From Candidatus Saccharimonadota bacterium (GTDB taxonomy: Bacteria > Patescibacteriota > Saccharimonadia > Saccharimonadales > Saccharimonadaceae), in contig CAJPPG010000001.1 of NCBI GenBank assembly GCA_905372495.1, positions 1 to 63,840 on the forward strand: 63,840 nucleotides of DNA. Reading direction: 5' to 3'. Shown here in pieces: positions 17,657-28,250 of this stretch; within the stretch, counting starts at the first letter, position 1; each line of letters opens with the position of its first letter. The notes under the pieces were generated by a model. It saw only the letters and a program-made list of their open reading frames with translations. It did no database searches and was not told the origin of the DNA. Made by a program: the position numbers and the translations under genes.

Positions 17657-18616
17657 CTAAAACTTTTTCTGGCAGTTTGGACAGATATGTGTGCCACGAC
17701 CCGCCACCCTTAATTTAATAATTTCTGTCCCGCAACGATTACACGGTTCACCTTCTCGACGGAACACTTGCGCAAACTTTTCTAAATAACTGCCCTTTGT
17801 CCCGTCCGCTTTGACGTAGGTTGCCATTGTACTTCCTCCAGAGTCGATCGAGCGCTGCATTACGATGCCAGCCGCTTCTAATAGCTCTGCAATTTCTAAG
17901 TCGCTGAGACTCGAGGTGAGTCTTTCAGGGTGTATCTTCGCCATATATAAGGCCTCATCGGCATAGATATTTCCAAGTCCCGCTACTACGCTCTGGTCCA
18001 GTATAGTTGGCTTTATCTCGGCGTTCTTATGATGCATCAGATTTTTCTTGAATTCTTCCGCGCTCATCACCCATGGTTCTTTGGCGAGTTTCTTAATAAA
18101 ACTATCTGTTTCAACCTCGTTGGTTTCAATTACCTTACAGAAACCAAACTTCCTCTGGTCATTAAAATATAGAGTACCTAGAACTTTGCCCGACTCCGAG
18201 CTTGTTCTATTCTCTTCGCAAATCTCGAATAAAACTCGCGTTTGATTATTAGGTAGCCCACTATAAAAACTTTCATTAGGGTGTCCGCCGGCAAAGCTTT
18301 TTTCTGTGTAAAGTGTAGTCTTGAAGTCCCCCGCTTCGATCATCTCGAGATAGTTTCGGCCTGACTCTTCGCCACTTGAACGAAAAATTAATTGTCCAGT
18401 CATTCTTAGGTGCACCATCATCGACACCGCGTTTTCAAAATCAAAAATCAAGGCTTTTCCAAAGCGTCGAATATTAGTAATCTTCTGGCCTAGTATTACT
18501 TTCTTTGGACCGATAAAAGATTTATCACATAAAATTTTTACTGAGGATACTTTTTTGTTGAGGATAAATTTATTCAATCCTCTTCGAATTGTTTCAACTT
18601 CTGGTAATTCTGGCAT
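17657..18616 (-). CDS. mutM: Formamidopyrimidine-DNA glycosylase
   Basis: MPELPEVE, HLRMTG, GLGNIYADE, C-terminal zinc finger CNRCG...CPNCQ. Confidence 0.96.
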   Translation of the reverse strand: MPELPEVETIRRGLNKFILNKKVSSVKILCDKSFIGPKKVILGQKITNIRRFGKALIFDFENAVSMMVHLRMTGQLIFRSSGEESGRNYLEMIEAGDFKTTLYTEKSFAGGHPNESFYSGLPNNQTRVLFEICEENRTSSESGKVLGTLYFNDQRKFGFCKVIETNEVETDSFIKKLAKEPWVMSAEEFKKNLMHHKNAEIKPTILDQSVVAGLGNIYADEALYMAKIHPERLTSSLSDLEIAELLEAAGIVMQRSIDSGGSTMATYVKADGTKGSYLEKFAQVFRREGEPCNRCGTEIIKLRVAGRGTHICPNCQKKF

Positions 18617-18776
18617 ACCTCTATTCTATCTTAGTTTAAGAAAAGTCTCTATAAAAAAAGACGCAATAAAATCAATTATAAATTCTTATGGTTGACTAAA
18701 TATATGAAACATTATAAAATCGCGGCAACTACGGGGAATAGTCCCCGAGGGTTCTTTGAAAAGGAGGGAAAAGACG

Positions 18777-19817
18777 ATGAAGAAGAATCTGAAAGTTATG
18801 GCAACAAGTATTGCTCTTTCAATGAGCATGATTCTTACATCACCAGCATATGCAGGTGTAGTAAAAAGAAATGCTACAGGTGCTGCAGCAAAGGCAGCAG
18901 AAGAGCAGAAGAAAGCAAACGAGAAGAAAGAGAACGAAGCACAAGTTTCTTCTGAAACTTCTTCTCAAGGACAAGGAGACCAGACCGAGCAGGCACACGC
19001 CGGCTTAAAGAATCAGTCTCCGACAGAACAGGCGACCCAACCTCAGAAGGAAATCGGCAGGGATAATCCGATGACCGTTTTCCCGAGGGCTGATTATCTT
19101 GGCCCTGATGGCGTAGCGAAAGATCCAAGCTATGTCACTAGCAACTTCGAGGTAGAGGTAGATAAGACCATCTCTCAGTGCGTACGATCAAGTCCTGATG
19201 CACGCTGGCTAAAGATGAGGACTGAGCCTTTTGTCTATCCGGAGATCAATCCAGATACCGGTTATCCTCTATGGTCGACTAAACCATTCTGGAGAACAGA
19301 CGGCAGCTTTGATGTCTACGGATATCTAAAGCAGTTCGTTGCCAGAAAGAAGGATGCAGTGACTCAGCTCCTCGTTTTTACGGATAGTGAGAAGAGAGAC
19401 AACTCGGTGACTAGAATGGAACTGTTCTTCTCTAATTATTATGAGGAACATCCTCCGTATATTCCAACGGACAGAGATGCGTTTAGTCTTTGGTTATACT
19501 TCCCGGCTGAAAAGAGGGCGGAAAATGATTTTGAAAGAAATTATAGAAAACGTGAGCTTCAAATCTTGGCAAAGGATTTCCATTTTTATGATGGCACTAT
19601 TCACTGGGAAGGATTCATAGATATTGATACGCTTGATACGCAGCCAACAGTAAAAATCACTGGCTCTGAGAATAGCTATATATATCTTGCTCAGGTAGAT
19701 ATGCTGGAGAAAATTATGAGGAATTATCTCATGAATCCGTATAAGAAATCTGATGATATTCAAGATTTTAACGGTACAGAGCATTTTACTGGAATAATAT
19801 ATTGGCCGGATTTCTGA
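18777..19817 (+). CDS. Secreted hypothetical protein
   Basis: Strong AAAGGAGG SD before ATG 18777; Sec signal MKKNLKVMATSIALSMSMILTSPAYA. Confidence 0.75.
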   Translation: MKKNLKVMATSIALSMSMILTSPAYAGVVKRNATGAAAKAAEEQKKANEKKENEAQVSSETSSQGQGDQTEQAHAGLKNQSPTEQATQPQKEIGRDNPMTVFPRADYLGPDGVAKDPSYVTSNFEVEVDKTISQCVRSSPDARWLKMRTEPFVYPEINPDTGYPLWSTKPFWRTDGSFDVYGYLKQFVARKKDAVTQLLVFTDSEKRDNSVTRMELFFSNYYEEHPPYIPTDRDAFSLWLYFPAEKRAENDFERNYRKRELQILAKDFHFYDGTIHWEGFIDIDTLDTQPTVKITGSENSYIYLAQVDMLEKIMRNYLMNPYKKSDDIQDFNGTEHFTGIIYWPDF

Positions 19818-19951
19818 AGCGATTAATGCTTCAGCTCTTCTTTAAAAAGTCTGTTTTGGCGCCTAGTAATCTAGGCGCTTTTAAATTGACCAATTCCGCT
19901 TTAGGTTATATACTAAAATAAATAACCAAATAAAGAGGCAATTTTTAGGGT

Positions 19952-22900
19952 ATGTATTTCAATCTTTTTAAGAAACAATATAAAATCTTCATTTTCTTTT
20001 CTCTAGCCTCTTTACTATTTATCTCGTTATATTTTTTAGCTAATCCAGTCCTTGCGGAAGAAGGTGGAGCCTCAGGTGGTACAGCCGTTCCTATCTCCGG
20101 CTGCGGCAGTGACCCCAAGGCTCTCTGTTATAGTAGTTGGAATACTAGTGGTGAGAATAATAATCGAGGCGGTGGTGGTGAATGGGTTTATATTTCTATT
20201 GCAGAATTAATTAAAAATAAAAGGATTACTGACCCAGATAATATTTCCTATACCGCAATCAGAAAAAGTATTCCTGTAATTGATGAAAGAAGCGCAAAAC
20301 ATTTAAATTATAGTGGTGATTCTCAGATGATTCGTGGTTGCGGTAAGGCAGATGGTATTTATACATTTATCTCACATGTATATCACAACAATGCTCCAGA
20401 ATTTACTCCAGCAAATACGGCTTATGGTCCTAATAAATTTGCTTATTTTCAATATCCCGATTACCCGAATAAATCTAACACCGGACGCAATACTCTTCAG
20501 CCACATCAAAAATATGTTAATCGCGCTGGCGAATATCATAAAACATACGAAGAAGCTGAAGCCGCATATAAGCTATATTTGCAACGCGTGAAACGTTCCG
20601 AGCCTACATGGGAAAGCGGTGAATTTTCTTGGTTCTGCTCCTTTGGTGGCCCAGAAAATAACTGTGACCCAAACGACCCCACATGTGATCCAAATAAAAA
20701 ACCTGAATGCGACCCAAACACCGATCCAACCTGTAATAAACCTAAACCCGGAAATTGTCCATTAGACGATCCTAGCTGTACACCAAAGGATACTGATATT
20801 TGTAGCGCACTAGTGCCAGGCGTAGTTGGGTCCGTCTATAAGGGAAACACTGCCGCACTCTCTCAAGTGGTAAATCTGTCCTATACGGGTACAGAATCAT
20901 ATAAAAAATGGCAATCACTTGTTTTAGCCCGTCCAGGCGACTCGATTCGTTTCCGTCACGCACTCTGCTATCCGGCACAGGGTGTGGCTGCAGGCTTAGG
21001 TGTTTCCGGTAATAGTGCCGATACTCCAAGTGTTGCTAATAATTTTAGACTGTACGCTTCTCGTAATGATGGTGGCGATAACCGTTATTTATTCAAAGAT
21101 TCCGCTCTAGCTGATGGAAACTCCAGAAGTGTCCATACTCAAAGTAAAAATGCGATCACTGGCGCAGGTATTATCTCTGCAGACTATGGCTTTTATACAG
21201 AATCTCCTTCCTCTCCAAACCCTCCTTATTCTTGTGATAGTCCAATCTTTATCCAGAATAATAATCGTGCGATCACAAATGGTTTTCAGATTCCAGGTTT
21301 TGCCTCAGGTATCTCAAATTGTAATTCCGCTGCTCAGACTGGTAGCAATACTGAGGTAGGTAATAAAATTTCCCAAGGTATTATTTATAATGATGTTAAA
21401 TCTTGGGTCAGCTCGGTCACTAAAGTTAGTGGTGAATGTGGCTGTGGTAGAAATACAGCAACAAGCGACACTCAAACCGATAAAACTTTTGAGAATGCCG
21501 GTACTTATAGTACAAGAGACTCGAGGGGCAACACATCTAATCAAGATATAGTTGGTATTAGTGAAGATACGGATCCAGCCTTGGTTGGCAAGCCAGGTAA
21601 TCACAAGATTGTCGTTCCTGGTCGACCATCAAATCTTAGGGGTTCAACATGGGGTACGTTCAGTTACTCATGTAGTGGTGACGGCTCTTGTAGAGACGGA
21701 GAGGAAACCTACTATAAAAGAAATTCTAGCAGTATTCATTATCCAGTTGCCTCAAAAGATTATGGTGAACGTTCGACTAGCGCCAGTGTTGTTACTCCCT
21801 ATAACTTCAATACTTATGTAACAAGTTCAATCGATTCTGATAATGTGATTTTTAGTGGCGAGCGTGTCAATATTAGTGGTTCCTATCATATTCTTTCTCG
21901 CTCAAATACTATGGTTGCTAAGAATCCTTATGCTACTCACACTTCTGATAAGGAAACCTTCCGTATTTATGAATTACTAATACCGCCTCACACTAATCCT
22001 CAAACGCTTTCCGGCAGTGACCATTCTGATCAAGACGTCTGTCGCTACTATGGTTCTGACAATTGCCATCTAGTCAAAGCAGTCAAAGGCGTAATGAATC
22101 CAGAAGGTAATTATAATGGTAGTGATCAAGAATCAGATATTTTCTCCCGTACCGTTCCTGACGATCGTGAATATGTGGGTTATAAATACTGTACAGCCAC
22201 TTCCATTTGGCCAGCTTCCTCACATAATACAACTGAAAATAATTTTGAAAATAACACTTCCGGCCCAGCCATCACTGGTGGTGATGAAACCAAATTTAAT
22301 ATTTCCGACCTTTCTTGTGTGACGATCGCTAAAAAACCAAACTTCCAAATCTGGGGTGGTGGAATGTTTACAAATGGCCAAATCGAGACTGCTGTCAGCC
22401 GTAAAACTCCTGGTCAGAGCTTTTCATCTTACCCAAGTGCTGCCGAAAAAATCTTTGGCTCCTGGGACGAGTATCATGTTGTTGCTGGTGGCCGCGTCTC
22501 TGGTTTTGGCTCTGGCGCTTCTTTGGGCTATGAAAAAGGTTATAATTATAATCTACCAACTGGTGGTTCTGATGTATCAAACAGCATTTACAATCTCACC
22601 ATTGCCAACCGAAGAAATATTGGAGAGTCGGGTGTTTATGGACTACCTTCCGGTCTCTTGTCCCGTCTAAAAGCTAGGTATCGCGACAATATTGATAAAA
22701 ATAGTAGCCTAAAAATCACCACACACGATACTGGTCTGCAAAATACCTATATTCGAGGCGATATTAATCTTTCACAGATACAACTACCAGATCATAATCC
22801 TAATACAACAGATACGCTCTTCCGTACTTACGACACACTATATAAGACAATAACTACTGCTGATAAGCAAAACAATACTCTCGTACTTTATGTTGATGGT

Positions 22901-23461
22901 ACTCTAACAATTGACCAAAATCTCTGCTATTCGGCCTTTGGTGGTAATAATTGTCAATACGAAACCTCCACCAAACAGGCCGCTTATACCGACGTTTCTA
23001 CTGAATCAATCACTAAGCTTCCACAAATTCTCATTTTTGCAAAAAATATTAATGTCCTAAGTAAAGTTAATCGTGTGGATGCCTGGTTAATTTTGGATGA
23101 AGATAATGCCTCCAATAATCTTAATACCTGTAGTGATGCAAATGAGCCATCAGCCGAACAATGTTCTGAGACTGTCATCTTTAATGGGCCAGTCTTTGCC
23201 AAGAGTCTTACTTTAAAACGCACTGGCGGTGCAAACCATGGTGGCGGATTGATGGCTGGCATTCCTGCCGATCAGCGCGTTCTTGGTACTCGATATGCTA
23301 AACATGCTGGCGGATATTATGCTATTTCTAGTGATGGTTCTGTTGCTCCTGCCGAAATCTTCAATCTTCGTTCTGACGCTTATTATTGGGGTATCGGCCA
23401 GGCTCAGCGCTCAGGTATTGCAGAAGTCGTCTACCAAAGAGAGTTAGCTCCACGCTATTAA
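19952..23461 (+). CDS. Large secreted or surface Cys/Gly/Ser/Asn-rich protein
   Basis: 1169 aa; N-terminal signal ending VLA; CDPNDPT repeats; many Cys residues. Confidence 0.8.
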   Translation: MYFNLFKKQYKIFIFFSLASLLFISLYFLANPVLAEEGGASGGTAVPISGCGSDPKALCYSSWNTSGENNNRGGGGEWVYISIAELIKNKRITDPDNISYTAIRKSIPVIDERSAKHLNYSGDSQMIRGCGKADGIYTFISHVYHNNAPEFTPANTAYGPNKFAYFQYPDYPNKSNTGRNTLQPHQKYVNRAGEYHKTYEEAEAAYKLYLQRVKRSEPTWESGEFSWFCSFGGPENNCDPNDPTCDPNKKPECDPNTDPTCNKPKPGNCPLDDPSCTPKDTDICSALVPGVVGSVYKGNTAALSQVVNLSYTGTESYKKWQSLVLARPGDSIRFRHALCYPAQGVAAGLGVSGNSADTPSVANNFRLYASRNDGGDNRYLFKDSALADGNSRSVHTQSKNAITGAGIISADYGFYTESPSSPNPPYSCDSPIFIQNNNRAITNGFQIPGFASGISNCNSAAQTGSNTEVGNKISQGIIYNDVKSWVSSVTKVSGECGCGRNTATSDTQTDKTFENAGTYSTRDSRGNTSNQDIVGISEDTDPALVGKPGNHKIVVPGRPSNLRGSTWGTFSYSCSGDGSCRDGEETYYKRNSSSIHYPVASKDYGERSTSASVVTPYNFNTYVTSSIDSDNVIFSGERVNISGSYHILSRSNTMVAKNPYATHTSDKETFRIYELLIPPHTNPQTLSGSDHSDQDVCRYYGSDNCHLVKAVKGVMNPEGNYNGSDQESDIFSRTVPDDREYVGYKYCTATSIWPASSHNTTENNFENNTSGPAITGGDETKFNISDLSCVTIAKKPNFQIWGGGMFTNGQIETAVSRKTPGQSFSSYPSAAEKIFGSWDEYHVVAGGRVSGFGSGASLGYEKGYNYNLPTGGSDVSNSIYNLTIANRRNIGESGVYGLPSGLLSRLKARYRDNIDKNSSLKITTHDTGLQNTYIRGDINLSQIQLPDHNPNTTDTLFRTYDTLYKTITTADKQNNTLVLYVDGTLTIDQNLCYSAFGGNNCQYETSTKQAAYTDVSTESITKLPQILIFAKNINVLSKVNRVDAWLILDEDNASNNLNTCSDANEPSAEQCSETVIFNGPVFAKSLTLKRTGGANHGGGLMAGIPADQRVLGTRYAKHAGGYYAISSDGSVAPAEIFNLRSDAYYWGIGQAQRSGIAEVVYQRELAPRY

Positions 23462-23564
23462 AAGTTGGGCTGCCCGTCTTATGGTCATCCTCGTTTCGCC
23501 TTCTCTTTGCTTGTCAAAATGTAATTCTTATGCTAAATTTAAATAAATTAGGTCAACACAAACA

Positions 23565-26174
23565 ATGGATATAAGCGCACAAAACAATATGAAAGATTCT
23601 GCCAGTAGTCAATCTGGCCCTTCCTCAAGCGCAAAGACTCCGCGATCAGATTCTTTAGGCTTTGGTATTAGTCCTCAAGAGTTGCCTGAAAAAGTTGCTG
23701 AAAAAATCCAGCGTGGCGCAAATATTCTTATTGCGCTTTCCAAGGATCCCAATCTCGACGAAATATCTGCTGCCATCGCTCTTGCCATTGTTTTAGATCA
23801 GCAGAAGAAGCACGTCACAGCGATTTATTCAGGCAAAACTCCAAATGCCCTTGAATTCTTGAAGCCCGAAGACACCTTTGAAAAGGACACCAGTAGTCTA
23901 CAGGACTTCATCATTGCATTAAACAAATCTAAGGCCGACCACCTCACTTATAAACTTGATGGTGATTATGTGAAAATTTATATCACTCCATACAAGGGTC
24001 AAGTCAAGAAAGAGGACCTCGAATATTCTTATGGTGACTACAATGTTGATCTCGTGATCGTTTTTAATGTTAATGCCGGCAGCGAGATTGATTCTGCTCT
24101 TTCGGAATATGGCCGTATCATGCATGACGCCAGCGCCATTAATATTACCTCAGGCTTGCCTGGTCGTTTTGCTGATCTTGAATGGAGTGATCCTGAAAAG
24201 TCCTCAGTCTGTGAGATGGTTTATGATCTTTTGAAAGAGCTTGAGATTACCAATCTTTCTCAAGAGATCGCGACTGCCCTATTAACAGGTATCCTTTCTG
24301 CCACGGAGCGTTTTTCCAACAGTCGCACTAAGCCGACTACTATGGCTGTTGCATCAAAGCTAATGGAGGCTGGTGCTGACCAACAATTAATCTCTGCTAA
24401 TATCCTTAAGCCAGAGACTCCACCTACTCCAGAAAACTTAGCTACGCCAGGCGCTCCTGTCACTTCAGAGACTCCAATTTCTTCAGGCACTCCTGCAACT
24501 CCAGCGACTCCAATTTCTTCAGGCACCACCGCTACTTTAGGGGTTCCAATCCCTTCAGAGACTCCAACCGCCGCAGAGGCTCCAACTGTTTCTAATCCTA
24601 ATAATACCGATAATGGACTCAAGGAACTTGAAGAGCTCGTTAATCAAAATCTCGCTCAAACCACTAATACTCAAAATAACCAAGAAGCATCCTCGGCAGC
24701 TTCTCAACTGCCAAATCTTCCAAGCGAAGGACCAAGTCTCTCCACTGTTCCACTTACTACGGGTAGTGTAATGGATGAATTGGCTCGTATGACTACGTCA
24801 ATAACCAACACGAATCAGGAAATTAATAACTCTGTAAGTAATCCTGGTTCACAGACACAGGCAGCTCCGCAGGCTCAAAATATCTCAGAAATCCAGGCTA
24901 CCTCACAAACTCAAGTTACACCACAAGCTCAAGCCACTTCGCAGATTCAAGCTGCTCCTGAGATCCAAGCCGTTCCCGAAACTCAGCCAGTCTCTCAGGT
25001 TCAGCCAGAGGTTCAACCACAGACTTACGTCAGCTCACAAGCTTTTGTGCAGCCTCAACCCCAAACCCAACCTCAGCCGCAAATGCAACCTCAACCACAA
25101 GTGCAGCCTCAACCACAAGTTCAATCTCAGCCCCAAGTTCAACCTCAGCCACAGTTTCAATATCAACCCCAACCTCAACTAGCTCCTCAGCCCACTTTCC
25201 AATCTTATCCTCAGCCACTACCTTCTGAGCAATCAATTTCTACTCCCTCGATGCAGCCTCAGTCTCCTCCGGTCAACCCATTGCCTTTTCAATCTAGCCC
25301 AGGTATTGTAGGTAATACTATTTCCGATCCAGTTGTCGAATCTGGGGAGGATATGAGTCGACTCATGGATGAAGTTCTCGCCGAACCGTCACCAATTCAA
25401 AATCCGGTTGGCTACCAAAGTCTTGTTAATCAAGGTGATTATATCAATCAATCATTATCTCAGAGTCCTGCTCCAACCTCACAGCCAACGCCTACTCATC
25501 CTCTATCTATTGGTCAACAGCCAATCGTCAATTATGTTCCTGGTCAAAATATTGCCACCCTGTCAGCTCCAGCCATGCCCACTATGCCACAGAATGCTAA
25601 CTATCCTAACCCTGAATACACAAATACTATTCCAAAATATTCTACTCTACCCATTCCAACGATGCCAATTGACCCAACTTCGGCTGTCTCAACTCCAGTC
25701 TCGCAGCCAGCTCCAAATATGCAACCAACTCCAGAATCGCAGTCAGCTCCAGTCTTGCAACCAATTCCAGAATCGCAACCAACCCCGAATTTTCAGCCAG
25801 CTCCGGCTACCCCTTCTGATCCAATGGCGGACTTTATTCAAGCCACTCCACCAGCCACTAGTACTCCTATCCCAGATTTTTTGCAGCCTGAAGCCTTTTT
25901 ACCTCCGGCACCGACACCAGTAGTCCCAACTCAGCCTGCCCCGGTCCAGAGTGTCTATTCTACGCAATCCAACACTCCTAATATGCCATTGCCACCAGTC
26001 ACTCCTGAAGGTTTACCAACTCCTCCAATTATCGAACCTATTCCTCAGGTCACTCCGGCTCCCCAGACTTCTTCAACTCTTCAGGTTTCTCCAGTCCCCC
26101 AGACTTCTCCAGCCCCCCAACCGACTAGCGCTCCTGCTGACCCTTCCGCCTTCCGTATCCCAGGTACCTATTAG
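23565..26174 (+). CDS. Degenerate DHH (NrnA-like) domain with a ~590-aa Pro/Gln/Ser/Thr-rich tail
   Basis: DHH-fold pattern (NILIAL..DP..D, SSVCEMVY, ATALLTGI...T.RF) with the catalytic motifs altered; upstream of truB. Confidence 0.75.
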   Translation: MDISAQNNMKDSASSQSGPSSSAKTPRSDSLGFGISPQELPEKVAEKIQRGANILIALSKDPNLDEISAAIALAIVLDQQKKHVTAIYSGKTPNALEFLKPEDTFEKDTSSLQDFIIALNKSKADHLTYKLDGDYVKIYITPYKGQVKKEDLEYSYGDYNVDLVIVFNVNAGSEIDSALSEYGRIMHDASAINITSGLPGRFADLEWSDPEKSSVCEMVYDLLKELEITNLSQEIATALLTGILSATERFSNSRTKPTTMAVASKLMEAGADQQLISANILKPETPPTPENLATPGAPVTSETPISSGTPATPATPISSGTTATLGVPIPSETPTAAEAPTVSNPNNTDNGLKELEELVNQNLAQTTNTQNNQEASSAASQLPNLPSEGPSLSTVPLTTGSVMDELARMTTSITNTNQEINNSVSNPGSQTQAAPQAQNISEIQATSQTQVTPQAQATSQIQAAPEIQAVPETQPVSQVQPEVQPQTYVSSQAFVQPQPQTQPQPQMQPQPQVQPQPQVQSQPQVQPQPQFQYQPQPQLAPQPTFQSYPQPLPSEQSISTPSMQPQSPPVNPLPFQSSPGIVGNTISDPVVESGEDMSRLMDEVLAEPSPIQNPVGYQSLVNQGDYINQSLSQSPAPTSQPTPTHPLSIGQQPIVNYVPGQNIATLSAPAMPTMPQNANYPNPEYTNTIPKYSTLPIPTMPIDPTSAVSTPVSQPAPNMQPTPESQSAPVLQPIPESQPTPNFQPAPATPSDPMADFIQATPPATSTPIPDFLQPEAFLPPAPTPVVPTQPAPVQSVYSTQSNTPNMPLPPVTPEGLPTPPIIEPIPQVTPAPQTSSTLQVSPVPQTSPAPQPTSAPADPSAFRIPGTY

Positions 26175-26214
26175 ATTTTGACAGACTTGTCGTTTTTAAC
26201 TATTATCATTAGTA

Positions 26215-26901
26215 ATGAATACTCAAGATGACCCACAATCACAGGACATTATCCTTATTGATAAGCCGGCTGGACTTAGTTCCTTTGGTGTGGTTGCTAG
26301 AGTACGTCGCCGCCTTTCGATGGAGGCAGGGAAGAAAGTGAAGGTTGGTCATACTGGTACTCTTGATCCCTTCGCCACTGGCCTACTCATTCTTCTCACA
26401 AATAAAGCCACAAAACTGTCGAACCAGTTTTTAAAGCTTGATAAATGGTATGAAGCCATTCTCTGTCTCGGTAAAACCAGTACCACTGGCGACCCTGAAG
26501 GGGAGATTATGGATTATAATCTAGTGGATAAGCCTTCGCTCCAGGAAGTAGAGCCAGCAGTTGCTAAGTTTGTCGGAAAAATTATGCAAACTGTGCCAGC
26601 TTTTTCTGCCATCAAAATTAATGGCCAACGTGCCTATCAACTAGCTCGCCGCGGTGAAGAGGTTTCTATGCCAACCCGTCAAGTCGAAATCTATTCTATT
26701 GAGATCCTAAGTTATGATTATCCCGAGCTCGTAATCAGAACTCACGTCTCCAGCGGCACTTATATCAGAACACTTGGTGAGGATATTGGTAAAGCGCTGG
26801 GGGTTGGTGCTTATCTCACGGCTCTTCGTCGCACTCAGGTTGGCGATTATCAAATAAAGAAAGCCGTATCCTTATCAGATTTTATGGGCGAAAAAGAATG
26901 A
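26215..26901 (+). CDS. truB: tRNA pseudouridine(55) synthase
   Basis: IDKPAG, KVGHTGTLDPFATG, SSGTYIRTL. Confidence 0.96.
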   Translation: MNTQDDPQSQDIILIDKPAGLSSFGVVARVRRRLSMEAGKKVKVGHTGTLDPFATGLLILLTNKATKLSNQFLKLDKWYEAILCLGKTSTTGDPEGEIMDYNLVDKPSLQEVEPAVAKFVGKIMQTVPAFSAIKINGQRAYQLARRGEEVSMPTRQVEIYSIEILSYDYPELVIRTHVSSGTYIRTLGEDIGKALGVGAYLTALRRTQVGDYQIKKAVSLSDFMGEKE

Positions 26902-27007
26902 TGGGAGTTTAGATATCACTACTTATTAGATTGCCATTTAAAAATTTTAAAGAAAGTCATCTGTTACCCTTGTAGAATCTCTCTTTGCGTGGTATAATTC
27001 ACCCAAT

Positions 27008-27274
27008 ATGATTACAAAAGAGAATAAAGCTAAGGCAATTGCTGCTACTGCCCGTGACAAAAAGGACGTTGGTTCTCCAGAGGTTCAGGTTTCTATTCTA
27101 ACTGAGCGCATCAAAGAAGTAACCGAACACGTTAAGGTCAATAAGCATGATTTCATGGCTCGTCGTGGACTTATGCAGATGGTTGGTCGCCGCAAACGTC
27201 TTTTGAAGTATCTTGAGAAAACCAACTTCGACCTTTACAAGGACACAGTTGCAAAACTCGGACTCCGCAAATAA
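27008..27274 (+). CDS. rpsO: 30S ribosomal protein S15
   Basis: DVGSPEVQVSILT...RRGLMQMVGRRKRLLKYL. Confidence 0.97.
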   Translation: MITKENKAKAIAATARDKKDVGSPEVQVSILTERIKEVTEHVKVNKHDFMARRGLMQMVGRRKRLLKYLEKTNFDLYKDTVAKLGLRK

Positions 27275-27277
27275 ATT

Positions 27278-27302
27278 AAAAACCCACGTCAGTGGGTTTT
27301 TT
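27278..27302 (+). terminator. rpsO terminator
   Basis: AAAAACCCAC-gtca-GTGGGTTTTTT. Confidence 0.75.
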
Positions 27303-27375
27303 GATGTCTCTTTTTTAATAAGGCGGCAATCTGGAAAACCCCACGCGCGGTGGGGCTTCAGAATAGATCATAGCT

Positions 27376-28005
27376 TTAGGTGGGGTTTCGTCTTGTAGCG
27401 ATTCCGACTATCACAGGCTTGTCAGACCCCTGTGCGAAAGATGCATCAATATAATAATTGATAGCATCTCTAAAGCGTAGTACTGAGTTATTAATCAACT
27501 CATTGATCTCTGTAATGTTTGGGCGCTTCATTTTTCTAACAACCTTCTTCTTTCTATTCGGGTTACTAGAACTATTGTTTTTCTTCTGCTCCCTCCTATA
27601 TCTGTCATAAAACTCTTCATTGGTATAGTGCATGCGCACGTACTTGGCATCATTCATCAAGTCGTAAATGTTACCAGTCACACCTTCTCTGCGAGTGATG
27701 ACCTGATATAGGTTCTTCTCCTGGAAGTAGATCACGTCAGCCGTGTTAAGGTGAAAAGAGATCAGTCTCTGTCCTTTTACCTCTGTTTTGATCATCGTCA
27801 CCACTAGGTCGATATTGCTATCGAGCCTAATCTGTTTCCTCAACGGCACAAAAACCTGTTCAATCAACTGGAAACAGAAATAATTCTCACGTTTTTCCTG
27901 CACTGCGTATGTGTTGTCCTCAAAACCTTTCAGTTGCAACACAATATCCATCGGTGGTATTAAGCCACTGAAATCAAAATAACTACGTATCGTATTGTCA
28001 CTCAT
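27376..28005 (-). CDS. Hypothetical protein inserted between rpsO and pnp
   Basis: 209-aa ORF with an AGAAAGGA SD and its own TTGCCA/TATAAT promoter. Confidence 0.65.
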   Translation of the reverse strand: MSDNTIRSYFDFSGLIPPMDIVLQLKGFEDNTYAVQEKRENYFCFQLIEQVFVPLRKQIRLDSNIDLVVTMIKTEVKGQRLISFHLNTADVIYFQEKNLYQVITRREGVTGNIYDLMNDAKYVRMHYTNEEFYDRYRREQKKNNSSSNPNRKKKVVRKMKRPNITEINELINNSVLRFRDAINYYIDASFAQGSDKPVIVGIATRRNPT

Positions 28006-28250
28006 TTTCTACGATCCTTTCTGTCAATGTTCTTGAGCTATAGCTCACAATAGTTCCAAAATTGGTGATTTAAGAAAAACTATCCCCCTTTCTGTCTAGT
28101 TTGATAATAAGATAATCACCGAACAGGCGATATTATAACATAAAAAATCAATATGGCAAAGTATCACTAGTATAGAGCGAACTCACTACCTCGCTCTATG
28201 CAGTATCTGGTTTTCACTTTTCATGATACAATTAATACATAACAATAAAA

